Source of the DNA: Octopus vulgaris
Taxonomy: Eukaryota
Assembly: GCA_951406725.2 (NCBI GenBank)
Contig: OX597818.1
Location: 64,046,001-64,110,000, forward strand
Length of the DNA stretch: 64,000 nucleotides
Direction of reading: 5' to 3'
Each line of letters starts with the position of its first letter. The stretch's first letter is position 1. The position numbers and the translations under genes are program-made. Positions 1 through 14,421 of the stretch are shown here, piece by piece. The notes below the pieces were generated by a model that was not told the DNA's origin, ran no database searches, and saw only the letters and a program-made list of their open reading frames with translations.

Positions 1-191
1 ATATGGTGTATATTTTCTATGACCTGCAAATAGTTTCGTGTGATGAAATCAACACAGACAGCATTTAATAACACGTCTGGTACCTTCACGCAGTCCTCAG
101 GCTATGCCCGCATAAAATTTATATACTGTGTGTAGTAAACAATATATATCTATCTCTATTTATGTATCTATATATACACACACACACACAT

Positions 192-241
<50 letters not shown>

Positions 242-244
<3 letters not shown>

Positions 245-367
245 TAAATAAATGGAGTTGAAGGAAGATGTTATTAAAATTCTTTTACTTTCGACATAAG
301 TTTCGAAGACCCTAGTAACTGTTTATTGAATTTTCCATGTTAACGGTAAACAAAAGATAATTCAGTC

Positions 368-372
<5 letters not shown>
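242..372 (-). mobile_element. (TA)n-flanked short PLE-type terminal fragment carrying only the 3' half of a hammerhead
   Basis: Minus strand reads ...GGTCTTC-GAAA-CTTATG-TC-GAAAG. The same sequence recurs in opposite orientation at about 59318-59385. TA tracts on both sides. Confidence 0.55.
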
Positions 373-416
<44 letters not shown>

Positions 417-417
417 C

Positions 418-451
<34 letters not shown>

Positions 452-3400
452 ATACTTAATTACATTTGTATCAGAATATGGCAGCATATGTGTGTTCTGA
501 GTGCTTGTGTGTGCATCTGTGCCATTGATGTCATCATTGCACATACATTCTTTATTTCATGCAAACTACATTAAATTTCCGTGTTTGATAGCTTCGTTAT
601 CCTGAACATTATAATATGGTGAAAAGAAAAGGATTATGAAATGCCAACTTACATTTCCGTTCCAGTTTTTCACTGTAAACATACTTTTGTATGATATTCT
701 ACTTAATATTATTGTCCTTAATAACCATTCTTCAGGGATTAACGCAATAGATTTGCAACCAGACATCGAGTGACCGACGATTCGTTGAAAAATGTGCATT
801 CTCTTCCTTAGTATCCAGTCTTAAAAATGTGAATATATGCGAAAGTTTCAAACTTTATTTTAAAGCATATTCGTGCGTAGTGATCTTTGTAATGAAATAC
901 TTCGTTTGACATAACTAAATATTATTCTATTACATCAGTATTAAATCCTTGCTTTTGTTTTGGATTTCAAACATGAATTCAGTTGTATAAACCTCAAGAA
1001 ACAAATTTTCAAATAATTATGCTGAACATTTCCTAACGTCTCAGTTCATTTGCTCTAACGTTCATTTCATTCGCAATATAGCGATAACTCGCTTGATTGA
1101 ATTCGTCTAAAATAACTTACTAATTGCCTCAGTGCATTCAAAAAAGATTTTGTGTGTTTCTCAGGTGAACTAGCTCAAGGAGAAAAATGACATTGCCTAC
1201 TATACAACATTCCTTGCACGGCTCTCTTATACAAATATAGTTTGAAATTATTTATACTGAATTTAGTGCTTCCAGCTCTCGAAAATATATGGGATTTTAA
1301 ATGTGTGTGTGTGTGGAATTACTGCTAATCGTGTTTTTAACTGCGGTGCATGGGAATTTCCTCTCCGTTTTTCCTCATCATCTCACTCGAGACTAATATA
1401 ACAGCTCTCGAAGTCTTTATAATTATTCTATAATTATTCTCTGACATCTTTTGTGAGTTAATGCTTCCATTGCGAAAAGTTGAAATGTATTCAGTTGAGT
1501 TCGTTTTATTCGTATTCTTGTGTGCTTGAACACGCGCACGTGCACGCACGAACTCACACGTACACACAAATGCATATACATATATATTCGTATATATTGT
1601 GTGTAATACCGAAATAACTGGAATGAACTAGTTAATAAAATAAATCTGATGCACATTCCAGTTTTGAAAACCCTCACTAAAATGATATGAATATAGATCT
1701 TTAAACTCTCTCGTGACATATTAGATAGATTTCACATAACAGTCGTGCTCTTTCAAACTCTTATTATGAAAATATTCAAAAATCTGAGACCCGTCGTGTT
1801 CAAAGTACTGGAGAACTCCTTTTGACTTCGGTGGTATGTCTAAGCCATAAACTTTAGCACGTTCTCATAAATATATGCAATTTAGAGATATTATAAACGC
1901 AGCTGAGAATCTCTTCAAAACAGGCTTTGCAAGAACTAATTGACTCAATTAAGATCGTAACTTATACATATATCTGTTAACTGAATATTTGATAACTTAA
2001 TAAATGCACCAATAAAATTGATATGAAAATGAAATTACAATTTAACGCTAAAGTAAATCTGCTTCGGATCAATGAGTATTGCCACAAAATCTTATCAAAT
2101 GAAAGGATTTCGAAGAATAAAAACTATGAATCCAATGATATATTGATCAATTTAGCACCGAATGATATCCCCCTACCTTCTCATTAGCTTAGGCTGTTAT
2201 AGAAGGATCTATAATTAAATTTTGCATCCATCCCCATAGTGACTCACAATTAATAGATCCACTTCTAAGCATTTTAATATGTAGATGTCGTTATACATCA
2301 CCTAAAAGTTATATCGAAATCAAATGTCAAATGAGTACAGGATTTTATACTAATTAACATCGGTGATCTAATTACGTTCAATATTCTAATTTTCATTAAT
2401 TTAATTTCTATGAAAACGAACCAATTATTTTTAAAAAAAGGATTGGTTAATACATCTCATTAAATTGTTATTTGCAGCCAACATGTTAATAAGTTGATGA
2501 GCATTATCTCATGACAAAACCTATGACAAATTAATGATTTTTGCTAATGGAAAACCTAGGTAATTGCTCTTAGTGATTATTGTATATTAGCTCTCATCAT
2601 TGAGTCTATATAACAAATTGAATATCACATAGGAAAACTTAACTAGTGCCACAAGGGAAGAAAATGAAACGTCTACTCATCTTCACTCTTCAATGCTGCT
2701 GTGAAATTATGGATCACTTGACGGAGAAACCCCGATCGACGAATTCCTAAGAACTGAATGATGGAAAATATCACCAAAAATTTAACAAAAAAATTATGCA
2801 AAGAACAATAAAATTTGATAGAGAACTTAAGTTGTGATACAGACAAAACTGTAAAATTAAACCGAATTAAGATTATCTTCACACAATAATAGCAAGCCGC
2901 TATTAATGTTTCTTTAAAAAATACTTTTACATCATGCTTCCGAAAAACATTATCCATGTCCCATTCAAACCTCACAAGCTATACAAATAGAAGATATATG
3001 CGGGATGATGATGTTGATATAAAATATGATACTAGAAGATACGGGATGCCTACAACACTCTCAATGATTTGCTCATTACTTTCGACATACCACCGAGGGG
3101 CAATTAATTTTGGACTTCATTATATTTTATATTATAATACATAATTAATTCATGACCGATTATTTATATACGTTAGAATTATTCACGTCTATTGCCATAT
3201 TGCTATATTCACTAATACTCAACGACACATGGTATATATATATATATATACGTATGTATAACAACATAATACGTATAAAAAGTCGATAGATTATTGTAGA
3301 ATTCACCTTCAAGAGGTGACGATTGCTTCCTTTATGTCAACGTACTTAGATAAAGAAAATATCATTGAAATTAATATTTCGGGAATTACATGTTAGCACA

Positions 3401-3531
3401 ACGCTTTCAAAGCGATCACAATTTAGATTGAGAGTCAATTGAGGAAATACTTCCAGTACACAAACTCCTAAATACAAAATGCGAAGAGGAAGTACAATAT
3501 CAGCGTGGATTTTCTGATATATATGTGCGTA

Positions 3532-3570
<39 letters not shown>

Positions 3571-3760
3571 ACTTGTTTCAGTCATTTGACTGCGGCAATG
3601 CTGGAGCACCGCCTTTAGTCGAGCAACTCGACCCCAGGACTTATTCTTTTTGTAAGCCCATCACTTATTCTATCGGTCTCTTTTGCCGAACCGCTAAGTG
3701 ACGGGGACGTATACACAGCAGCATCGGTGGTCAAGCAATGCTAGGGGGACAAACACACAA
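3571..3760 (-). mobile_element. SINE family A, 3' half
   Basis: Reverse complement of the 3' half of copies at 57498 and 63393 (GGCGGTGCTCCAGCA...GACTGAAACAAGTAAAA). Confidence 0.85.
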
Positions 3761-3780
3761 ACACACAAACACACACACAT

Positions 3781-3813
<33 letters not shown>

Positions 3814-3873
3814 GCTACTGCACGCATTTTTTTTTCTCTCCTTCTTTCTGTGTTTTTTTTTTCTCTCTGTGTA

Positions 3874-3911
3874 TCTTTCTGTTGAAGAGCGTAGGCTCGA
3901 AACGTTAAAGA
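3874..3911 (+). ncRNA. Minimal type-I hammerhead ribozyme (CUGUUGA variant)
   Basis: TCTTT|CTGTTGA|A|GAGC-GTAG-GCTC|GAAA|CG|TT|AAAGA. Stem I TCTTT/AAAGA, stem II GAGC/GCTC, palindromic ACGT in place of stem III. Confidence 0.7.
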
Positions 3912-4380
3912 CTTGTTTTATTTATATTTCCTGAGCGCCATACTAATACAATTGTTCGTTTGTTTTCCACCTGCCTTCGTCTTTTGTTTATTTTCATAAA
4001 GCTTCCCGTTATATATTATGCGCTAGTCTCACTTTCATCCTATATTCTACCAATACCACTATCAACACTTACCTCTACCTTGGATTTTCTTTACCTCTTG
4101 GATACTTACCATTGGCTGCACCTCTCTTTCGCGGATCAAAATGACTTTGCATTGATGTGAAATCCTTAAAAAATATACCACGACGTCTACACATTTCTCA
4201 CCTTGAACTTTCAACCTTGAACTTGTTCGCATAAACTGTCCCGTTTGTTGTATTTTTATTTTCTCTTATATTACCACTTTTTTTACATTCATTTCATGCT
4301 TTCCACATTTTCCTATTCGTTAGCTACTGCACGCATTTTTTTTTCTCTCCTTCTTTCTGTGTTTTTTTTCTCTCTGTGTA

Positions 4381-4418
4381 TCTTTCTGTTGAAGAGCGTA
4401 AGCTCGAAACGTTAAAGA
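4381..4418 (+). ncRNA. Minimal type-I hammerhead ribozyme, second tandem copy
   Basis: TCTTT|CTGTTGA|A|GAGC-GTAA-GCTC|GAAA|CG|TT|AAAGA, 507 bp after the first copy. The only difference is in the stem II loop. Confidence 0.7.
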
Positions 4419-4775
4419 CTTGTTTTATTTATATTTCCTGAGCGCCATACTAATACAATTGTTCGTTTGTTTTCCACCTGCCTTCGTCTTTTGTTTATTT
4501 TCATAAAGCTTCCCGTTATATATTATGCGCTCACGTGGTCTCACTTTCATCCTATATTCTACCAATACCACTATCAACACTTACCTCTACTTTGGATTTT
4601 ATTTACCTCTTGGATACTTACCATTGGCTGCACCTCTTTTTCGCGGATCAAAGTGACTTTGCATTGATGTGAAATCCTTAAAAAATATACCACGACGTCT
4701 ACACATTTCTCACCTTGAACTTTGAAGGTCAAGTAAATAAACATTTTTTAAAATTGCATTTTCAAACCTTCTCTC

Positions 4776-4834
<59 letters not shown>

Positions 4835-4859
4835 TGTGTGTGTATGTATACACACATAT

Positions 4860-4929
<70 letters not shown>

Positions 4930-4949
4930 CTCTTTCTTTTTTCCATCTT

Positions 4950-4984
<35 letters not shown>

Positions 4985-6026
4985 TTGTATGTATGTACCA
5001 GGGGTTAAGTAATATGCATTACAAAATATCACAAAAACTGTTATTCAGAGTTCCAGGTTCCCCGTCTGACAGTTTTTTTTACAAATTATACTAAACAATA
5101 CACGTACATATGCGTGTATGGCAGTTTTTTCTTGTCTGTGTGCGTGATTGATTTATTTTTTCTGTGTGTGTCGTGTGCGTGCGTATTTGTGTGTGTGTGT
5201 ATGCGTATGTGTTTTTGTGTGTATGAGAGTGTGTGTGTAAGTGTGTCCCCTCGTATATGCTTATGTGTTCGGAGCAACTCATCCTGCTTGTTTTAGAAGT
5301 GGTTCTACATTTGCTGTGATGGTATCTACAGTAAGAGATGACAGACTGATAATTATTAGACATGGAAAATTTGATTTTCACTTGATCAGATGTTGCTAAT
5401 TACGGGTTATTTTGGTCATACGTTCTTTGTAAAGCAACCAAGATTTGCCGCGAGCAGAAGTCACTAACTATGCAAATATAGACTCTGCAGTAAGCAATCA
5501 TTTCGAACTTTGAGACGGAAGGTGCTGACTAAGTTATTTATTTATGAAAAGTTAACATACGGTGTAAACTGAACAGCTGAACACGGCCTGGAGGCGTGTT
5601 TTGGTTCTTGATACTAGAATGACTGGAATGTCTGAGATCGGTGTAAACGGTGTATGGAGCGAGGTAGAGAAGGAAGCAGAAGTCACCAATATTTTGGATA
5701 AAGTTCAAGAGACGTGCATGGGTGGCAAAACTGATAACTCTGGTGGTCGACTTCAGATCTCAACATTTGACAGGATGGAGAATCGGACTCAGTTGTGCTA
5801 GGCGTACGCAGATCAAGTAAATGATGAACGTCTGTGGAAAACTAGAGTTTACATCAGGTAAGCACACACTTTGGAAGGCGTCACTGCACCTTCATGTTCC
5901 ACTTCCTTGCACCACTGGTCAGCCAGGTGAAAATGTTCTGTATTTAAATAATCCACACATCCATGTGAAGCAATGTACTGCCAAGTGTCCACCTATGTTA
6001 GTAGCGATGGTTCCTTTCTCACAAAG

Positions 6027-6260
6027 ACGGCGAGCTGGCAGAAGCGTTAGCATGCCGGGCGAAATGCTTTGCGGTATTTCGTCTGCCGCTACATTCTGAG
6101 TTCTAATTCCGCCGAGGTCGACTTTGCATTACATCCTTTCGGAGTCAATCAAATAAGTACCAGCTACGCACTGGGGTCGATATAATCGGCTTAATCCGTT
6201 TGTCTGTCCTTGTTTGTCCTCTCTGTGTTTAGCCCCCTTGTGGGTAGTAAAGAAATAGGT
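6027..6260 (+). mobile_element. SINE family B
   Basis: GGCGAGCTGGCAGAAGCGTTAGC (A-box-like) and GAGTTCTAATTCC (B-box-like). Matches minus-strand copies at 16140-16870. Confidence 0.8.
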
Positions 6261-6587
6261 TCCCTTTCTCACACACACGCATACGTACACGCACGCACAC
6301 ACACATTCACACAAACACACACATACGTATAGTTGACAAGCGGTTACGTATCCATAGAAACCTTAAGTTGTAGTTAAACTTAAGGTGGAATGAAGACCAA
6401 AGTATGTTTAAAGGTTGTTCCATATTTGTTATATGGAGGGAAATTTATAAAATATTACCGGTTTCGATGTGTATCGCCATCTTGTCTAATATTAAGAATT
6501 GAAAATAAAATAAGGAAACAAGAAAATATTGGAAATTAAAAACTGTGTACCCGTATTTTTTTGGTGAACTTAGAGTATCTTCTTGTA

Positions 6588-6821
6588 TACAATAATATTT
6601 CGACTATCGCAGGCGTTACGTTCCAACCCCTCCACCTGCGATAGGTGAAAATCCGTGCAGTAGAAACAGTAGTGTGCTGTATATATTTTAAAATCCTTTT
6701 TTATATTTTATATATATTTATTTTGTTATGAATGCAAAACAACACCACGGAAGAATCGACGTAAACTTAAATAATAAAACCGCGATAAGTGAACCACGAT
6801 TTATAGAGTAGAATTAGTGTA
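6588..6821. mobile_element. Decayed Tigger/pogo-like MITE
   Basis: TA-CAATAATATTTCGACTATCGCAGG start, internal CCGCGATA motifs, degenerate inverted end TTAGTG-TA. Family assignment is from remembered resemblance only. Confidence 0.45.
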
Positions 6822-8496
6822 TGTTGTCTGTGTTTGGAATTGGGTTCAGGTTTCGGGGTTTGTATTGAATTGAAAACAATTCTTTTGTTTTGAATCGCAA
6901 CTATCTATTCATAATACAGCCAGTTGTATGTGCGTACAAGTATGCGCGCACCTGTTTGTATGTGTGTGAGTGTGCGTCTGAGCGTGTGTGTGTGTGCGTG
7001 TGTGTTTTGCTTTTTGGGGTACGCTATTTTTCGGGAAGGAAATATTTGTGTGTCAAAACAATTCTTTATTTCTTGTTTAATCCGAAAATGGTTAACTAAA
7101 TGTGTTTTCGTAAGGTATGTCTACAGAGTGCACGGGCCCAAACTATGCACCCTTCTCTTCCATTGGTCACTCGATTATATCATGTGACAGTTAGCTGGTG
7201 CAGACTGCAGGAGACTACCGGCGAATATTCACAAATGAAATTTGCCAGGGTGGTCATTAACCCGCTGACATTCGTTGAAGATGTATCGAAGACACCAACG
7301 AACAAAACCCGAAGGAAAAAGAAGACACACTCAACACCAGAGCTGAAGAAACATCTGGAAGGAAAGAGTAGCCGTTCCGTCGAAAACAGTTGAGGAGTAG
7401 GGGGCGAAACCGGACGTAGTTCCTCCAGATGATGTCTTTAGTCACTGAATCCTATAAAGGAGCTACTGATGTAGAGAATCACAAAACGTGGTTGGAATTT
7501 TTCCAATGGATTTCAATGGCGGTGAAGTATTTTATTGTATTCAGAGATTTCTTTTCTTTTGAAAATATGGTCGCCTGTATGTATGTATTGTTTTTAATGG
7601 ATTTCAAGGATGTTCAGAAATGGAATTGAAAGGCTTTCGCAGAAATTATGTTTCCTCAGTTTTTTAGGTGTGTGTGTGTATGTGTGTGTGCGTGTATGTG
7701 AGTTAGTGCTTGTTTTATTGTTGTTGTGTGTATGTGTATGCTTGCTTTGTGTGGTGTGTCTGTCTTAAGTGTTGGGTTTGTGCGTGGATGTTTGTGTGTG
7801 TGTGTGTGTGTGTGTGTGCATGCATATGCGGAGGTATTCATTTTAATGGTGTATTTTATGAGACGAATATAAAGAGCGGGGAACTGGAAGGCATTTCGGA
7901 TGGCGTATTCTCTGCGATACTGCAACGAGGGAAATGACTTGAGTACTTTGAAACAAAAAAAATTATTGAAGTCTTTGACTAACTTGTAATTTTTTTCGTT
8001 TTTGATAAGTCGATTTAAGACTCACCTCTTCCATCGATAATACAATGTAGTTTAGCATTAGAGAGATTCACTTCGTAGCTAATCTCATAACCATTTTCTT
8101 AGTCTCACATGTATCAGTGACCTGGACACAATTAGTCGTTTGGGTAATTAAGACTATGTCTGACTGCGTACCTGACCAGGTTTCTTATTAATTTTAGTAC
8201 TAGAAGGGGGGCTGCGTTAATTCCTAGTATTTTGGAAAACATTCTATTACATCGCTGGAAATTGAGATCAGTTCAGATATTGTTTGATATTGCGGCGGTA
8301 TGTGAGGAATTGCTTTGCGCTTCAGTGTAGGAGAAAATTCACAGTTCATGGATCTGTTTGTGTTTGGCGAGATCAATTTTTCATCATAGATAGGATCTTT
8401 TCAATATGGCTGTCACTTTTCAATCATTTCAGTTTTGTTCCAATTAATTTCATATTTGATGTATCGACGGAGTTTTGCTTGAAAATTATTTCGCAG

Positions 8497-8527
<31 letters not shown>

Positions 8528-8769
8528 AGAGTTAGTAACTAATAAAATGTGCAAATTTGGGGTAAATTTAGCAAGTCGAAAGCTACAGACATATAGGGGC
8601 CAGTTTTCATTGTAACACGGCAAGCTGTTACCAAGAGGCTTATCACTCTGTTGCTGTCCTTTCAAACGATATGGTCATTATTCGCTTATTAAACGCTTAA
8701 ACCAGGAGGTATGATGTAGTTGTGTGATATGTTAAGAATGACAACTAAATAATCGTTTAAATCACGCAC

Positions 8770-8825
<56 letters not shown>

Positions 8826-8837
8826 TATGTGTATATT

Positions 8838-9503
8838 AATAAATATATATAACTATGAAAAATTATAAAAAAGTTAAATATAAGATATAAAGTAAAACCC
8901 CTACGATCATTTCATGCCCATAACCTAATTCGAATATCTTAAATTCAATTAATAATTCGAATTATGGTTATAGTCAATCTTTAGGTTAAAGATAATAGTT
9001 AAATAAATAGTCAAATATATTTAAACAATATTTTTTAAAGAAATAAATAAAATTATTCGAATTAGTTTTTGGGCATGAAACGATCGTAGTGGTTTTACTT
9101 TTTATCTTATATTAAACTTTTTAATACTTTTTGACAGTTATATATATTTATTAAAAAATAAATAAATAAATAAATAAATAAAAATAAATATAAAAAATAA
9201 ATATAAAAATTAAAAAATAACTAAAAAAATATATATTATATATATCTATATATAAATTTATAAATATAAATTAATAATTTTAAATTTTTAACTTTAAATT
9301 TAAATAATTTAAATTCTGAATTTTATATTTTATATATTTTGTATATTATAATAATTTTATTTCTATGTTTTGGTTTATGTTTTTCACTGTTTGATTTGCC
9401 TAATAGTGGTGTTATCTCTAATTTAATTTATATTTATACTGTAAAATTAGATTTAATCCTAAATCTAATTTTTCCCTGTAAGTTTGGTTTTACTCCCTAA
9501 TAT

Positions 9504-9510
<7 letters not shown>
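8838..9510. mobile_element. (TA)n-flanked fold-back element with decayed hammerhead
   Basis: 8838-8932 is inverted at about 9055-9152. The minus arm reads CTAAAGA..stem..GGGCAT-GAAA-TGATCG-TA; the plus arm reads GAAA-CGATCG-TA. Confidence 0.6.
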
Positions 9511-9562
<52 letters not shown>

Positions 9563-10331
9563 CCTTTTTGCATAATCGTATAAATTCCCTATGTAGAATA
9601 GTAATTTGGAAAATTTTCAGAACAATTCAAAACATTTTTTAAAATGTCACTAGGTGTTATATGGTGTGCGTAAAGCAGAATCAGTCAATGTTTGAATGTT
9701 TTAGTTTGATATTTAAGAAATGATATCGTTGCAATATTGGCAACGCGCACAAAAGAACAGCTTCCAAATCCTGTTTTCTGACTCGGTAAAAATTATCAAA
9801 ATATAAAACACTGTTAAATGTTGCAATTTTTTTCTGGAACAAGTGAAGTAGGTCTTGAGTTTCAGCTTGAAAATAATATCAAGACACCAAATTCGAAAAT
9901 TGTATCTTGATTTTAAATTTCAAAAATTGCTGACAAACAAAATGTCCATTATTTGTGACTTTTCACCCATTCTTTGCTTTTCAAATGTTTCGAGTCTTCT
10001 CCAAAACCCTGCCCTGTATTCTTATGAGTGGGGATAACCGAATCATATAATTCCATAAAGCTTTGTAAATGCTGCAGAGGTAATGAAACAATAGACGTTG
10101 TCAGGTTCTAATTTTCCCTGGGAGTGGATTCTGAGTTTTATATCCATACTCTTGAGTCATGTGCTGCACGTTTCTTAATGCAAAATATGTTGCGTTTGTG
10201 AGAATATGCATAATAAATTACCGTAAACACAAGAGCACACATATTAATATTTCAGAAAAAAAATGAAATATCCAGAAGAAAACCCCTCTGAAATGTGTTC
10301 ATAACATAAGATTATATCGTCCAAATGAAAA

Positions 10332-10727
10332 TCTTTATATATAAAAGAGAAGTTGTGTGTCTGTCTCCTACGATTTAGATTCCTAACTACTCCCACATTT
10401 TGCGGTGCAGTTTAACCAAAACCGGGTATCTTATAGTCGTGATTCATATCGAGCCCTTCTGGGTATTAGCGCGCGTCTACGATGAGTCTACGATTTAAAA
10501 TAAAAATTACCATTATTTTTTTCCATTTTAATGCATTCTTTAGCTATTATATAAGGGAAGTAACTCTCTAAAAATGTCTACGATGAGTCAACGATTTAAA
10601 AAAAAAATTACCATCATTTTCTTTCCCTTTTTAATGCATTTTTTGCTTTTTTTGGCTATAACTCTCTAAAAATGCTTATATAGTTATTTCCCTTACAAAC
10701 CCGAGCAATGCCGGGCGATACTGCTAG
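10332..10727 (+). mobile_element. Non-autonomous Helitron
   Basis: A|TC start (TCTTTATATATAAAA), subterminal hairpin CCCGAGCAATGCCGGG, CTAG|T end, no TSD. Internal tandem duplication of about 100 bp (10475-10675). Confidence 0.8.
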
Positions 10728-11203
10728 TTACTCATAAAAATTTAAATGGAGACAAGTGTAATTACCAAGACAGGAGTAAAATGTAAACAGTCATGGAAAA
10801 TCACAAATGCCATTGACCTTAGCAAATATTACATGATTTAATCTAGAGGCGTGTGTCAAAGGAAAACTGATGTTAACTGTCATAGAAATTAGATTTGGCA
10901 GGACTTATTGAATATTGACATATTTGTCATTGAAGTTTTGAAGAACACACAGCAGCATAATATTCAAATGTTTTTCTCACTCAGACACAAACACACACAA
11001 ATCATACATATAAAAATGCTTAATTTCTCTGCTTCTCTTCATGTCCTATCTGCCTATCTATCTGTCCGTTTCTTTACATATACTTATCTATCTCACTATT
11101 TTCTATGTGATTTTTCACTTGCCAATATCTATCTATCTATCAATCAACCAATGAATCAATGAATCAGTCAATCAATCAATCCATCTACTAGTGTGACTAC
11201 ACA

Positions 11204-11287
<84 letters not shown>

Positions 11288-11782
11288 CAAGCTAGCCCTC
11301 TATCGATCGATCTATATAACTACGTTTCTTTATATCTCTTTGTGTGTATGAAGGAATCAATCAGTCTTCTATACATAATATGCCGGATATATAGGACACA
11401 TACACAGAAACTGTATCCATATTACTTTCATAACTATTTCTGACATACATATGGAAACTGTGAAATTGTCTTAACTCTACATTTTAATTATGACACACAA
11501 CCCAAGAGAACGTTAATAGGGAACCTATAGGTAGAGGTAACGTAGCAGTGAGAGGCCACTCGGCTAAAATAATTTATATCTATGTCATGAAGAGCACAGA
11601 AGACGATCACCTCCAGCCTCATACCTGAATAACGGGTCCCAGTTACAGTGGGAAAACTGCTTATTAGAACGTGAAGATATACAGTATGAACCACAGTTAC
11701 AATTTGCAACATTTACAGATATATCTACAAAACGAAAGAAAGTCATCCACATGTACAGGAATCACTCGCCATATCGCCGTTC

Positions 11783-11853
<71 letters not shown>

Positions 11854-11913
11854 TATATATATATGTATATATATATATATATGTATATGTATATGTATAT
11901 ATGTATGTATATG

Positions 11914-11946
<33 letters not shown>

Positions 11947-12251
11947 GTGTGTGTATGTATGTATTTCCGTACCATTTGCGTATATTCCACCGATGAAGCT
12001 AAAGCATTTCTAATGCAGAGTAAGAAATCTTGGGTCTGGAATTATCCGATAATTTTTGTCTTCTCTCCTGGTGCTGCATGAACATTTAATGTGGTTTCAG
12101 AGTCAAATTTTGGCTGCTATATCTAGCATAGTAGTAGCTCTTAGATACCCTTATTTATAATTTTAATAATTATTGTTAACTACGAGGTTCTTATTCCCAT
12201 GCTAACCACCTGATATGATCGGTGTTTTAAATAACGATCTTAACCTTATAA

Positions 12252-12404
<153 letters not shown>

Positions 12405-12599
12405 TATGCATGAACAGAGAGAAATATATGTTGATAGAAAGCGACAGGGTCATTTCTGTGTTATTAAACAGGGATTTACACAAGGGAAGACATCTACATG
12501 TATAAATAAATTTGCATATATGCATATACCCATATGAGCAAGCCTGCGTGTGTGCGTCTCTGCGTGTGCGTGTGTCTGCGTGTGTGTGTAAATACATAT

Positions 12600-12636
<37 letters not shown>

Positions 12637-12669
12637 CACATGCAAACATAAGTATGTATTCATGTATGC

Positions 12670-12732
<63 letters not shown>

Positions 12733-13393
12733 TGTATATGTGTGTATGTGAGCGTGTATGAGTGTCTGCTTTGTGTGTGTGCAGGCACTCGCAAATATGT
12801 ATGTGTCGGTGTGTGCGTGTGTACCAAATTATCAGAATTATTCTCTATTTCAATCCCTTTGGTAACTTAATTTAATTTTGAAGGAATGAATACAAGCGCA
12901 TGAATAGCATGTTAGAGACAATACCTCCTATTTTGAAAACAATTAATATGGTAACGAGCAGTCATGCACATCAATATTCATGAAAGCATTTTCAGCACAA
13001 TCATTTGAAACTGGTTCTGTCTGCGATATCACCTGTGTTCATATTGAAATATATGACAATGCGTCTTCCATTTTCGCGAAACAACATCTCAGATAATAAA
13101 ACGTATTACGTTATAATATGGTAATTGATACACACACAAATACCCACCCATATATATATATGAGTGTGTGTGCATGTTTATATAAATGTGTGTATATATG
13201 TATGTGTGAATTTGTGTATCAATATGTGTATAGATATATATCTAAGTTTACATATATATATATACATGCATATATATATACATATATATATGTATATATT
13301 CATATATGTATATATATATGTATATATTCATATATGTATATATACACATATATATATAAATATGCATATATATTCATATATGTTTATATACAT

Positions 13394-13503
<110 letters not shown>

Positions 13504-13902
13504 ATAACGTATATATGTTTTCATACGTACTCACAGACACACATACACATGTGTGGAGAAGTGAAGTGCTGTTATTTTAAGAATAGTGCTCAGACACACA
13601 ATTAAAAGAGGTGAGAGTTAGTGGAATTCTGAAACCATTTGTTAGGAAACAAAGAGCCATTCTTCGATTAGTATCATCATGCCAATATTGCTTGTTCTCT
13701 GAATTGCCTACATTGTAATTGCTCCGAAGAATTTAATGTCAGTTGTCTATGATATCAATTAAATAGTAGAAATTAATCGATTTCAATGATACCAGAAATA
13801 ACTTTATATGTATGATTTAAATTGGTACAAAATCGATAGGAACACGGACGCTTTGACAAAATATATAGATACATAAATGGATATATATACCGGTATGTGT
13901 GC

Positions 13903-13957
<55 letters not shown>

Positions 13958-13993
13958 TGTGAGTCTATGTGTGTGCATGTGGGCTTACATACA

Positions 13994-14053
<60 letters not shown>

Positions 14054-14385
14054 GATGAAATAGGGACAATTGATGAAGGGGAATATTCTTTACGTTGCAT
14101 GTCTCGCTTCTTTGCTTTCTTCGTTCTTCGAAAAAAAGTTACTTTTCTATTTTTTCGTTTTAATTTTTTTTTTGTTTCACATTGTGTTTAACGCTTTTTA
14201 TGTACTGTACCCATACATGCATGTATACATACATATATCTGTATGTATATGTATACATATATACACATACCTTTATGTATATATATTCATATATATATAC
14301 ATACATTCATATATATTTATGTAAGTATATATATGTATATATACATAATCATAGAATTCATATATATATATTAAAGAATACAAGC

Positions 14386-14421
<36 letters not shown>

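Larger units (their letters stand above)
3812..4721 (+). repeat. Tandem duplication (period about 507 bp) of a hammerhead-containing non-coding element (retrozyme/PLE pseudo-LTR-like)
   Basis: 3812-4220 is nearly identical to 4321-4721 (TAGCTACTGCACGCATTTT...CACCTTGAACTTT). (TA)n lies upstream and shortly downstream. Confidence 0.85.

Noticed and set aside
3812-4721. CRISPR-like or LTR interpretation of the direct repeats
   Set aside because: Eukaryotic context with no repeat-spacer array, and no TG..CA ends, PBS/PPT or TSD.
5400-5990. Possible decayed Tc1-like transposase on the minus strand
   Set aside because: Only vague motif resemblance, with many stops and no clear TIRs.
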